Assembly (NCBI GenBank): GCA_040954595.2
Contig: CM082578.2
Coordinates: 3,764,831-3,828,830 of the forward strand
DNA from: Balanoglossus misakiensis
Lineage: Eukaryota > Animalia > Hemichordata
Direction: 5' to 3'
DNA: 64,000 nt
Each line of letters starts with the position of its first letter. The stretch's first letter is position 1. This document shows positions 11,214 to 22,750 of this stretch, one piece after another. The position numbers and the translations under genes are program-made. The notes under the pieces are model-generated. The model was not told where the DNA came from. It saw only the letters and a program-made list of their open reading frames with translations, and did no database searches.

Positions 11214-11519
11214 TTGAAATTTACAATTTAATTGTGATTTTGAATCGGATTTAAAAAAACGAAAACGATTTTAAAAACGATTTGATTTTTTCAACCTTTG
11301 AACCCTGAACTCTGAACTTGCTGGTTGTCACGTGATACCAATAGACCAATGAAAAAAGTCTTCAGTCTTGTTTGATCACGTCCACTGCACTGTCACAACA
11401 TAGACGGGAATCCATATTCCTTGCATGGCAGTACTTGTCTCCGCGTTTTCTGCAGTTGAGTTGTAAACACAAAAAACTCGGCACATTCATGGACGCACTA
11501 CGCCTCGTCCGATCGTAGC

Positions 11520-12589
11520 AAAGTTCAACTTCTATAAAGATAGAGAAGCGGTGAGAAAGTCGGCACGGAATTTGCGGGGAACACACTTTGGGATATCAGA
11601 AGATTTTTTCAGACGAGATCCGGCAAGTGCGGAAAAGACTCTACCCAGTCATGAAAGCAGCGAAAAGGGACAACAAACGAGTGAGGATGGTTGTTGACAT
11701 ACTGTATATTGATAACAGCTATATTCTGGTCCAGAGGCAAGGAGAAGCTACGTGACGACGATGGAAAGAAGAGAAGTCTAAAACATAACCAAAAGAACGG
11801 TACAGTTTAACATTCTATGACAGTCAAATACATTTCTTTAAATACACATGGAATCAGAGGCTTTCTCAAACGGAAGAAAGTTTTTAATTGGTTAAAAAAG
11901 CAAAAGTCACAGGTTTACTTCCTACAAGAAACTTACAGCAAACAATCGGATGAATTATTATGGTAGCAACAGTGGGGAGAGGGGAGTATTTTCTTTTCTC
12001 GTGGTTCAGTACACAGCAAGGGCACGGCAATTTTGTTTTCAAAGAGTATTGAATTTTGTGTAAGAAACAAAATCTGTGACGATGACGGTCGTTACATTAT
12101 ATTGGATGTTATGCTTGAAGGTGACAATTACTTGTTATGCACCTGCCACAAATATTCACTGTCAAGCTGAATTCTTTCGGGAAGTGATTATTTTGTTAAA
12201 CAAATGTAATACATAGCCGATGGCAAATATTGTTATTGGTGGAGATTTCAACTGCAGCTATCGGTCGATGTTGTGGCAGGAGCTGGGCTGAGTATGTCAC
12301 TGAGAAACATTCTGTAATTTCACAAATTGAGCAACTCATCACTGTTCTTGATCTTCAAGATATTTTTCGCGCCAAATATGGTGATAAGGCCAGGTTCACC
12401 TTTAGACAAAAGAATCCTTTCATGCAGTCACGTATTGATTTTTGGTTAATTTCGCACCACCTCCATGATGATGTGAAAGCAGCGAATATTACTCCAAGTG
12501 TCTGTTCTGACCATTCAGCGATTGTCTTGCATTTGGAAAGGGATGACTTTGACCAAAGGAGAGGTCCTGGCCATTGGATTTTTAACAAT
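11520..12589 (+). mobile_element. L1/Tx1-clade LINE, 5' part (ORF1 tail and APE endonuclease), degenerate
   Basis: RKRLYPVMKAAKRDNKRVRMVVDILYIDN; ORF2 from 11817 MTVKYISLNTHGIRG..YFLQETYS..DDDGRYIIL..GGDFN..SRIDFWLIS..SDHSAI..GPGHWIFNN. Confidence 0.85.
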
Positions 12590-15500
12590 GATCTATCCAG
12601 AAGACAGCTGGTATATTGAAGCAACGCCCAATCAAAACTATCCGTACACCTCACCACCTGTTCAATCATAATAGACTTGCCAACTGTCAGCTTGACAGGA
12701 GAATTGACAACTTCATGCCGACTTCTGGTGTCAACTATAGTAATCTGGTGATTCCTAAAAGGACCGACTCCGTAAGATCTGTCATTGGATATCGTCCAAA
12801 ACCAACAACTAGTGATCAGCGTCAGGTAAATCTGGATAACTTAACATTATGATCAATGTAAGAACCTTTCAATCGGGTTGTGGAATGCCAGGTCCATCAA
12901 CAACAAAATTGCTACCGTGTGTGGACACATCATTGAAAGCAAGTCTGATGTCTTTGTGGTGACTGAAACCTGGATAGCCAAGTCCAATCAGTGTACCGTC
13001 CCTCAAATCCGCTCAGCCCTCTATGGATATAAAGTTCATCAAAACCCAAGGTCGGACAAGAAGGGAGGTGGTGTAGCAGGCATCATGAGTGAACACCTTA
13101 CGGCCAAGCCGGATAAGACTATGAAGACTACTTCCCGATCACTTGAACACTTGAATATATACATAACTCTTCCATGTGATCTTGTTCATCTTGTCATTGT
13201 TTACCGTCCACTACCGTCTCGGAAAAATGGTTTGAATGTGTCGACTTTTATGACTGAGTTTGCAACATTCATGGAGAGTATTGTAATTTCACCAGGTCGC
13301 TTAATTTTATTAGGGGACTTCAATTTCCATGTAGGAAATGAAAATCGCAACGATACCCGTCAATTCATTGACTTGATAGACAGTCTTGGTCTTAAACAAC
13401 ATGTACGGGGCCCCACTCATGAACGGGGGCACACACTGCATGGATTTAGTAATTACTCATATAAATGAACCATGTGTCATGAAATTTCAACTGAATGACA
13501 TTCTCCCATCCGATCATACTTTAATCAGTTTTGTTACTGATCTGTCACGTCCATCTGTACACCATAGGAAACGCATTTCACGTAATATTTCATCTGTAAC
13601 CTCTGATGACCTCAGTCAGGCCATAAATAGTATTCAAAAGGCCAAAATAACGGACTGTACCACAGTTGATGATTTGGCTGAGTGCTTTCATGCGGACATG
13701 TCATCTGTATTTGATATTGTTGCTCCGGCCAAAGTAAAGATCGTTCGTGACAAACCGCGCGCCCCTGGTATGATGAGACTCTGCGTGAAGAAAAACGTAC
13801 TCTTCGGCAAGTTGAAAGGAAATGGAGAAGACATCAACTCGAAGTAAATAGACAGATCTTTATGGGAAAACGTGCGAACTATAATAGACTCTGTAATGAA
13901 GCACTTGCATTGTATCATAGGACTCGTATTGAAACAGCTGATCAAACTAAACTATTTAGCATTATTGATGATTTAATAGGCGAAAAGAAATCCTCCGCTT
14001 CAATTTTACCCATTCATGATGATAAAGCAAAGTTGGCACAGTCTTTCGCCGATTTCTTTACAAATAAAATATCCAAGCTTCAGAAGCAATTTCCTAGATC
14101 TTTGACCTTAGAAAAGGTCAATGAAGTACCAACGTATTCCTTCAGAGAGTTCACCTCTGTCACCATGGCCAGTCTTACTAAAATTATTGATGCCATGAAC
14201 TCAAAATCATGTGCACTTGACCCAATTCCGACTAAACTTTTGAAATTGTGTCTTCCAAATGTAATTCATGATCTAGTCAAAATAGTTAATACTTCATTCG
14301 ATTCGAGTACAGTTCCTAAAATGTACAAACAGGCTGTAGTCCGCCCTTTATTGAAAAAGTCCAGTCTCGACTCCAATGTTTTATCTAATTATAGGCCGGT
14401 GTCTAATCTTGTTTTCGAACATAAATTTCTGGAGAGAGTTGTTTTAATTCAACTTGATGAGTATTTTAGTCAGTTTTCATTGTATTCTAAATATCAGTCT
14501 GCTTATAGACATCATCATAGCACGGAAAGTGCCTTATTGAGAGTTCAAAACGAAATTTTACGTGCTCTTGATAGTCATAAAGAAGTTATTCTTACACTGC
14601 TTGATTTGACAGCAGCTTTTGACATTATTAATCACAAGGTATTGCTGTATCGTTTAGAACATAAGTTTGGTATTAAGGGCAAGGCACTTGCTTGGTTTGA
14701 GTCGTACTTATGTGATAGAACACAGATTGTGTGTATTGATGGTGTATTATCAGAGCCAAGTAATCTTGATTGTGGCGTCCCTCAAGGAAGTGGACTGGGC
14801 CCAATACTTTTTACACTGTATGCAGCACCATTAGAGGATATAATCATTAGACATGCTTTGGATCTTATGTTATTTGCTGACGATACTCAGTTGTATTTGA
14901 TATGTGAACGTGCCACGGACTCGTCATTTATGGTTGAACATTGTATTGATGATATTCGTCAATGGATGATTGAAAATCGTTTGGTTTTAAATGATGCCAA
15001 GACAGAAGTGATCCATTTTCGTTCAAAATTTAAGAAATCTGTTGACCTGCCATTTCTCAGAGTAGGGAATACTAATGTTACCACGTCTAGATCCGTCCGC
15101 GATCTTGGTGCTTATTTAAACCGCTTTGCAGATATGAGTACTCACATTGTCAAATTATGTCAGTCTGCGTCATTTGCTCTCCATAGAATTGGACGTATTA
15201 AAAATGTTTTAAATCGCTCAAACACTGAAAGACTTGTGCACGCTTTCGTTACATCACGCATGGATTACTGCAACAGTTTGCTATTTGGTATCGAAGATAA
15301 GCACCTTCATAAACTTCAGTTACTTCAAAATTCTGCTGCACGTCTCGTCACACGCACAAAAAGGCATGAGCATATCACACCAGTGAAACGGGAGCTACAC
15401 TGGCTGCCTATCCATGCTAGAATCAATTTCAAAATTCTTCTTTTTGTCTATAAAATGTTGCACAACCAAGCTCCTGCCTATCAGTCTGATCTGATCACAG

Positions 15501-15911
15501 TTCATGAACCTAAACGGTTGACACGCTCAGCGTTCACACCAACTTTGGAGCCAGTGAACTGGGAGCAGAAACACTTTGGTTACCGTTCATTTTCTAATGC
15601 AGCGCCAACTCTTTGGAATGTCTTACCAAAAGAAATTAGATTGTCACCAACCGTTGCTGCGTTTAAGACATCTCTCAAAACTTACCTTTTTAAGAAGTAC
15701 ATGACTTAGTCACTGTTTTGTTATTTCTAATAACATTTTTATAAAGTTTTAATGCCGAGTAGGCCATTTTATCAGTGTATCTTCACGGTTTTAACATTGT
15801 ATTTTATGAGCTTAGTTGTTTTTTTTTTATTGTAAAGCGGTTTGATGTTTTTACTGATGGAAATCGCTGTATAAAAATAAATTATTATTATTATTATTAT
15901 TATTATTATTT
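12590..15911 (+). mobile_element. L2/CR1-group LINE with near-complete APE-RT ORF2 (frameshifted) and (ATT)n tail
   Basis: WNARS, VTETW, GDFN, SDH; NYRPVSNL, QSAYR, DLTAAFD, GVPQGS, LFADD, DYCNSLL, LHWLP; AATAAA plus (ATT)n at about 15876-15910. Confidence 0.92.
13862..15709 (+). CDS. Reverse transcriptase portion of LINE ORF2
   Basis: 615-aa ORF with intact RT motifs, including LFADD. Confidence 0.9.
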   Translation: MGKRANYNRLCNEALALYHRTRIETADQTKLFSIIDDLIGEKKSSASILPIHDDKAKLAQSFADFFTNKISKLQKQFPRSLTLEKVNEVPTYSFREFTSVTMASLTKIIDAMNSKSCALDPIPTKLLKLCLPNVIHDLVKIVNTSFDSSTVPKMYKQAVVRPLLKKSSLDSNVLSNYRPVSNLVFEHKFLERVVLIQLDEYFSQFSLYSKYQSAYRHHHSTESALLRVQNEILRALDSHKEVILTLLDLTAAFDIINHKVLLYRLEHKFGIKGKALAWFESYLCDRTQIVCIDGVLSEPSNLDCGVPQGSGLGPILFTLYAAPLEDIIIRHALDLMLFADDTQLYLICERATDSSFMVEHCIDDIRQWMIENRLVLNDAKTEVIHFRSKFKKSVDLPFLRVGNTNVTTSRSVRDLGAYLNRFADMSTHIVKLCQSASFALHRIGRIKNVLNRSNTERLVHAFVTSRMDYCNSLLFGIEDKHLHKLQLLQNSAARLVTRTKRHEHITPVKRELHWLPIHARINFKILLFVYKMLHNQAPAYQSDLITVHEPKRLTRSAFTPTLEPVNWEQKHFGYRSFSNAAPTLWNVLPKEIRLSPTVAAFKTSLKTYLFKKYMT

Positions 15912-16769
15912 TGATTCCAGAACCAAGTTTGCGTTATATAGTCAAGGTGACCTTGTATGGTTAGAGGACTCAGCGAATGCAAGACGGAAGTTGGCACCGA
16001 AATGGAAGGGTCCATACAAATATTCAAATGTATGGATGAAGATGGAATTAAATATCAGGTGATTGACATTAACAGTCAGCGAAGTCATCCAAAAACTGTA
16101 CACTTTAACAGAATGAAGCCCTATAGAACACCTCCAGACATACAAGACACCCAGAACACTATCTGTCCAGCCTATACAGCTTTATCTGGGTCATTACCAC
16201 GGCAACCAGGTGCGATCACATCCAGCCCTGTATCATCTGAGCAACAGAATACACAACCGTGTGTGACGCCACCACCAGCGAGATGTCCAGCATCATCATC
16301 ACCCGGAACACCAGAAGTTGATCCATCGTCATCACCTCAACCTACACCTAGCCATCAGCCATTGGAAATGCCTGTTATTCAGAGATCGAGAGAAGCTCCA
16401 CATCCTTACCAATATCAGAGGGAACGAGCACCAGGGAAAAGAAGAATCAAGCCACCAAGATATTTACAGGACTATGTACCAAAATGAATTGATCCATGAA
16501 CTTAACTGATATTACAATATTTGATTTTGTTACTGAGTTGTAATTTGATGTTTTGTACTGTAATTTCAATTTATAAGAAACGAGGACGTTTCTAAAAATG
16601 GGCCCATAGTTGTGTAAGACTGCAAATTAACATACTTCATTTTGTAGGCCCTTTTGCACTTTGCATGTTAACTATACCTACATCTGTTTTCGAATATAAA
16701 AGCCACAAACATGTTTGAAGTGGGTTGCCACTCTACAACTCTGACCCGTCTGAGGCTGTCTGTCTTACA
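15912..16769 (+). mobile_element. Gypsy 3' remnant: integrase C-terminus, PPT region and 3' LTR
   Basis: GDLVWL..KLAPKWKGPY, VHFNRMKPY, RRIKPPRYLQDYV; CGAGGACG motif; LTR 16613-16769 bounded by TGTAAGAC...GTCTTACA. Confidence 0.85.
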
Positions 16770-17490
16770 CTAGCCTATTGGATGACCAAGTTTATTGCCA
16801 GAAAATGGAAAGTAATATTTTAACGTGGCTTCATGAATATACTGATTACTCTGGAGATCTTTAGATGATTTGGGATCTTGTTAAAATGGAAATTCGCAAG
16901 TTTATTATGTCATATTCAATGAAGAAATCGAGGGAAAGAAAAGAAAAAAAATTAAATCTTGAAAAAAAGCTTCATGGTATGGATGAATTGCTGAGTGATA
17001 ATCCAAATGACGAAAACCGTGCAAAGTATGAAGAAACCAAACAACAGTACGAGAAGATGATTGAGTATGAAACAAAAGGTGCAATTATTAGATCAAAAAT
17101 CAGATGGCATGAAGAGGGAGAGAAAGGTTCAAAATATTTCCTGAATTTAGAGAAAAGAAATAACAAGAAAAACATATTAGGAAACTCTATACCGGAAGTT
17201 CAATTTGCAGACGATACAACTGCTTTTTTACAAAATGAACATTCTGTTGCCAATTTTATGGCTGTCAAGGATAACTTTACACAATGCCCTGGTCTCTGTG
17301 TGAACAGAGACAAGACATCTGGTTTCTGGTTTGGCAAAGATAGGGACAGAACAGACAGTCCCATTGGTTTAAAAGTTACAAAGATTTTCAAAGCACTTGG
17401 TGTGCACTTTTCCTACAATATCTCAGAAGCGAATAAGCTGAACTTTTATGATAAATTCAGAAGTGTCAAACAAACACGTGCAATGTGCAA
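16770..17490 (+). mobile_element. L1/Tx1 LINE, continuation of 11520-12589, internally deleted RT
   Basis: SLLDD resumes after WIFNN. WDLVKMEIRKF, GAIIRSKIRWHEEGEKGSKYFLNLEK, then a jump straight to QFADDTT..GLCVNRDKT..KALGV. Confidence 0.85.
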
Positions 17491-17813
17491 ATATCAACTT
17501 AAACCGGTCTGTAATGTATCTTGGTATTCTTAAATAACGCAATTTCGTGATGATAAACTACATTATTTTACAAGCTAAGTTCTTCTTACATACCTGTAAA
17601 CAAAATATACCAACTTTTGAGGTGTTTCTATCATTTTTGAGCTGTAAACCAAGCACATTCCTTGTTGTGTAATTTTGTAGTTTCTGTGTTTGTAATTTTG
17701 TTTTGTATCTATGTTATGTGTTTGCATATTTATAAATAATAAAAAAATGGCAAAGTTGTACTCTTTCCTTTATCATCCCCGACCCTTTACACCGCCTGAT
17801 TGTTTTTTAATGG

Positions 17814-19190
17814 TACATTCTGGCAAAACATTTCCGCCGATAATCGCAGATTTCATGGAAGAAAATCATGTTTTTGCTCCAAGTTGGCTATATGAAAAGC
17901 ATTCGATGGGTAAAGATTAACAGATGTACATCTCTCTGCCTCAAGCAAACTCATCACTGTAGTGACGTCATCCGCCTCCGTCATGACGAGCCTGTCGCCT
18001 CCTGCTAACATTGCTGCTACCATGATATCGAATGAAACAAAAAAGCAAGGTACATAAACTAGGTGACTCGCAGTCTCCCCTCCTTGAAGCTGAGCCAGTA
18101 TTATGTACAGGAAGATGAACGTTTCCACCAGTCCATGGTGAGAATGGACTACAGCCTTTGAATCCCCCGTGCTGCCAGAGGTGAATATAATCAAAGCATA
18201 GTCGTCAGACTGGACTTCCATTTGTACGGTCTCCAGTTGTGAATCCGCCGAAGGGACGAGTATGAGGTCACGAAACGCGAGCCATGCACCCATCTTCTCC
18301 GTTGAGTCAACGCTGATTAAACAACGGACACTTGGAAGTAGCTTGGGAGTATAAAGGCTAGACGCTTCATCCACTCCAGGAACTCACTCAGCGATGTTGG
18401 GAAGACAATTGTTGTCCGCTACCAATACAGCACAACTATGTTATTGATCTGTTTTACGAGGTCCTCTGATTTTAGAGATGAGTCGAACACAAACCAGTCC
18501 AGCTTTGACAGCTTCCATGTAACCCACATATTCGTATCGCCTACCAACTATAGCAGTCCCATACCTTTCACCTCTTCGCAGACCGAGCTCCGTCAAATCA
18601 TTGTATGGCAATAGCTTCTTGTCAACTTCGTTGTCGTCGCAATAATTTGTGAAGTCATTTTGAAAGTTTAAGTGGCCTCCTAAATTACCTGTTTGGGTTA
18701 AGTCTAAATTGAAAGAAAAATAAACACAGTTATATTTAAGTGTTCCCATTTTCTGCCAATTAATAATAAAAGAACTCAATTCAAATATAAACCCTCCGGG
18801 GTCAAGAGTACAAGAATAAGGTGATAAGGTCATTACTGGGGCCAGAATTGATCAACACGAATATACCGTACCTTCTCATTTTTAACTAAAACTTCGTCGT
18901 CCAAGGGAATAGTTCTCCGTCAATTCAACACCCAGATGACATTGTGGGAGTTAAATCATGCATGCCAACATTGTTCTACTCACCTCAGAGTTTTACCACT
19001 GCGTGATTTACAGTATACAGTCGACTGCGAACGCATGCATCAATTGGCTTTTGACACCGACCTGACCTGCCGATCACGTACCGTACCTGATGTGTACGAT
19101 CACTCCAAACCAATGAGAATCTCTATATATACACAGCTGTATATATGTCAGTCCTGTATTGGCTGACAGGAAAGGAGTGCGAACTTCATC
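17814..19190 (-). pseudogene. Partial tandem duplicate of the acyl-CoA ligase gene (promoter, 5' UTR intron and 5' part of CDS)
   Basis: Colinear with about 20375-22105; contains FTSGSTG; frameshifts and deletion in the N-terminal part; truncated after GGNVLPE. Confidence 0.9.
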
Positions 19191-19226
19191 CTTTTCACTT
19201 CTACTTTATCTTAGGCCAGTGTGGGC

Positions 19227-19297
19227 CTAGCTGCAATAATTGTAGCCTTGGTGGTCTGGACCAACCAGCCCACCAAGGCTACAATTATTGTAGCTAG
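19227..19297. repeat. Near-perfect 28-bp-stem palindrome
   Basis: CTAGCTGCAATAATTGTAGCCTTGGTGG ... CCACCAAGGCTACAATTATTGTAGCTAG. Confidence 0.8.
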
Positions 19298-19710
19298 TCT
19301 GGGCCCATATACTTGAAAGTGTGACCACAATTTATCGTACTTTCGTCAATCCTCTGCCTGGACGATGTACTACGCAAACTCACTCGAACATTCAGAAAGT
19401 AATACTACTACAGACAGGAACAATTTTGGATATTCTCCCGTTTGACAGGGTTATTTTTATTTCGATTTCACAACAGTTAGTCTACAGATGCTATTTTGCT
19501 TAAAAACAAGATGGCCGCTACTGTTTACCGAACATATTTTCTATGAATTTGTATGAGATTTCTGCAATCCCTTAAAACACATGAAACTTTTTAAGTGCAC
19601 ATCTTTGTAATATCACGTAAATTTGAAAACTTGGATTATTGGATCAGAAGTAGTCAGTGCGACTTAGTTTGTTAGCTTAACATTTGTCTTGTTGAGCATG
19701 ACTACTCAAA

Positions 19711-21384
19711 TTATATCCGGTCGGACGCCATTTTTGACAAGACGCCTCGTTTGGTCTTTCCACTGTTAGTTTTTGGGAAACTGTCAAAGAATAGAACATA
19801 TTTTGGAAGGAAAAACACATCCACTTTCTCTTTTAACAGCGCCAAGAACTCCTCGCGCGTACATTCTTCATTTGGTCGAAGAATGACACACAGGCAAATC
19901 TCGTTGATCATTTCCTCATCTGGTACTGCAACAGCGTGACAGAATTGCACCTTAGAATGACCAATAACATGTCTCTCTAGTTCAATAGGATATATTTTCC
20001 TCGTGTTCTTCATAATGCAGTCATCCTTCCTCCCCAACACGCGAATTCTTCCATCCTCAAGCATGATTCCTACGTCTCCAGTAATAAACCATCCCGACTC
20101 TGTTTTCACGGTCTTTGTCTTCTCGTCGTCTCCCATGTAATGCGAAAAGATATTTGGACCACGAATACAGATTTCCCCTTCGGTATTGATCGGCACAATT
20201 CGGAATTCTTCGTCAACTATTTTGATCTCCGAATGTGGAACTGGTCGGCCAACTGTTGTGCATTTTTCGTCGATGGGGTCACTTGCTAGATGATATGTGT
20301 GAAGAAGAGCTTCTGTACTGCCGTATGTATTTTGTACGTTAGGGGTCATAACACACATTAACTTTTTAAGGGTAGCTTCTGGCAAAACATTTCCACCAAT
20401 AATCGCTGATTTCATGGAAGAAAAATCACGTTTTTGCTCCAAGTTGGCTATATGAAAAGCATGTGATGGGTAAAGATTAACAGATGTACATCTCTCTGCC
20501 TCAAGCAAACTCATCACTGTAGTGACGTCATCCGCCTCCGTCATGACGAGCCTGTCGCCTCCTGCTAACATTGCTGCTACCATGATATCGAATGAAACAA
20601 AAAAGCAAGGTACATAAACTAGGTGACTCGCAGTCTCCCCTCCTTGAAGCTGAGCCAGGATTATGTACAGGAAGATGAACATTTCCACCAGTCCATGGTG
20701 AGAATGGACTACAGCCTTTGAATCCCCCGTGCTGCCAGAGGTGAATATAATCAAAGCATAGTCGTCAGACTGGACTTCCATTTGTACGGTCTCCAGTTGT
20801 GAATCCGCCGAAGGGACGAGTATGAGGTCACGAAACGCGAGCCATGCACCCATCTTTTCCGTTGAGTCAACATTGATTAAACAACGGACACTTGGAAGTA
20901 GCTTGGGGGTATAAACGCTAGACGCTTCATCCACTCCAGGAACTAACTCAGCGATGTTGGGAAGACAATTGTTGTCCACTACCAATACAGCACATCTGGT
21001 TTTAGTGATCTGTTTTGCGAGGTCCTCTGATTTTAGGGATGTATCGAGTCGAACACAGACCAGTCCAGCTTTGACTGCTCCCAAGTAACCCACGACATAT
21101 TCGTATCGCCTTCCAACTAGCAGTCCCAACCTTTCACCTCTTCGCAGACCGAGCTCCATCAAACCAGAAGCCAGCCCATCAACCTGACGTCTCAACTCTT
21201 TGAAAGTTATTCGCTTGACGGAACCATTCTTTCGGTAGTCAGTTATTGCTTCTCTGCCAGGATAACAATCGCTGGTTAAATCAAACAGTTGGCCGAGGGT
21301 CTTTCCACAAAATCTTCGCTGACCTGGTGTATGGCAGTAGCTTCTCGTCAACTTCGTAGTCGTCGCAATAATTTGTGAAGCCAT
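19711..21384 (-). CDS. ANL-superfamily acyl-CoA synthetase/ligase, ACSF2-like (557 aa, intronless CDS)
   Basis: IIFTSGSTGDSKAV (A3), TYGSTE (A5), GEICIRG (A6), WFITGD (A7), GRKDD (A8), PKTNSGK (A10); N-terminal SYCH..GKTLGQLFD..YPGREA. Confidence 0.93.
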   Translation of the reverse strand: MASQIIATTTKLTRSYCHTPGQRRFCGKTLGQLFDLTSDCYPGREAITDYRKNGSVKRITFKELRRQVDGLASGLMELGLRRGERLGLLVGRRYEYVVGYLGAVKAGLVCVRLDTSLKSEDLAKQITKTRCAVLVVDNNCLPNIAELVPGVDEASSVYTPKLLPSVRCLINVDSTEKMGAWLAFRDLILVPSADSQLETVQMEVQSDDYALIIFTSGSTGDSKAVVHSHHGLVEMFIFLYIILAQLQGGETASHLVYVPCFFVSFDIMVAAMLAGGDRLVMTEADDVTTVMSLLEAERCTSVNLYPSHAFHIANLEQKRDFSSMKSAIIGGNVLPEATLKKLMCVMTPNVQNTYGSTEALLHTYHLASDPIDEKCTTVGRPVPHSEIKIVDEEFRIVPINTEGEICIRGPNIFSHYMGDDEKTKTVKTESGWFITGDVGIMLEDGRIRVLGRKDDCIMKNTRKIYPIELERHVIGHSKVQFCHAVAVPDEEMINEICLCVILRPNEECTREEFLALLKEKVDVFFLPKYVLFFDSFPKTNSGKTKRGVLSKMASDRI

Positions 21385-21414
21385 TTTGAAAGTTGAATGT
21401 GCGTCCTAAATTAC

Positions 21415-21901
21415 CTGTTTGAATTGAACAAAAAGTACTAGTATAAACACAGTAATATTTTAGTGTTCCCATTTTGTGCTTGTTAATAATAAAAGAATCA
21501 ATTGAACTATAGACCCTCCGGGGTCAATAGTACTAGAATGAGGTGAAAAAGTCACTGTTGGGATCGGAGTTGATCATCCACCGACATAGGCTATACACAA
21601 TTCTCATTTCGAACGGAAGCTTCATCGTCCAAGGTAATTTTTCTCCGTCAGTCCAATACCCAATGTTTTTCACCACTGATTTGTTAGATATGAGGGGAAA
21701 GAATAATAGTAGACTATATGCATCTCATGCAGTTGCCGTTGATCAGACCGTGTTTGACGAACGTGAGAAGCGTAAGAGCACTGACCCAATCCACAAAAGG
21801 AATTATAATTATAGTGGAAGAGTAAGAAATTTCTCCCAAATAGGATACAGCACCCAGATGGCATTTTGGGAATAAAATCATGTTAGCATTGTTCTACTCA
21901 C
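21415..21901 (-). other. Probable 5' UTR intron of the acyl-CoA ligase gene
   Basis: Donor GAG|GTGAGT at 21901; acceptor ...AAACAG 30 nt before the ATG. Both sites are retained in the duplicate (about 18982 and 18689). Confidence 0.6.
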
Positions 21902-22722
21902 CTCAGAGTTTTATCACTGCGTGATTTACAGTATATGGTACAATCGTCTGCGCACGCGTGCACTGGCTTTTGACACCGACCTGACCTGCCGATCACCGTT
22001 CATGATGTATCTGGTTACTCCCAACCAATGATAATCTCTAAATACACACAGCTGTACACATGTCAGTCCTTTATTGGCTGACATGAAGCAGAGCGAACTT
22101 CATGATTGGCCATTTTTACACCAGGTATTGTCGAAGTCTTTCAAATCAGAAATGCACTCCTGTGCAATCAGTTGCAAAGAATGCGGCCCGGTTGTTATTT
22201 GTACATCATTGCAAACAAAGCGTCGTTACTTTTTATCACATTTCTAAGTTACTTTGATCATAGACCCTCGAGAAAAACAGGACAGGAAACAACGCCTCTT
22301 TCTTTGTAGTCACTTGGGTGGAATACATTAACTAGTGTTTGCACAGGTGTTGGCCTCCGCCCGCTTATCTAATCCCATTTACGGCCTGAATAACGCGAAA
22401 TCCCGCGAAACACGAGACGAGATCATGCGAAACACCTCAAATCACGCATTTCTCGAGATTTCATGAGACGTGAACAGCCTGGATTGTTTACACCACTAGC
22501 ACTGACAGAAATGGCCGCTATCTGCCACAGCGATGACGACGAGTTTGTGGACGTTTTCTCTGAGGAAGACACAAATGGGTGTTCAGATAGCGATGTAAGC
22601 GAAGACGAAACCCGTTCAGAAGACACAAAACCATTTTCGACCTCAACTGGCCGCCGAAATTTGCGGTATTTAGACCAGTACATGACCTCAAATGCGGAAG
22701 TATCCTATGCAGTGTGTGTGAT

Positions 22723-22750
22723 CATGGAGGTACTCTCTAGTACCTCCATG
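22723..22750. mobile_element. P-element-type excision footprint or micro-MITE
   Basis: CATGGAGGTACTCTCTAGTACCTCCATG flanked by 7-bp direct repeat GTGTGAT. Confidence 0.7.

Noticed and set aside
19711-21384. Calling the ligase a luciferase or a bacterial contaminant
   Set aside because: Motifs only establish ANL membership; the N-terminus is ACSF2-like, and a probable 5' UTR intron and animal TE flanks indicate a host gene.
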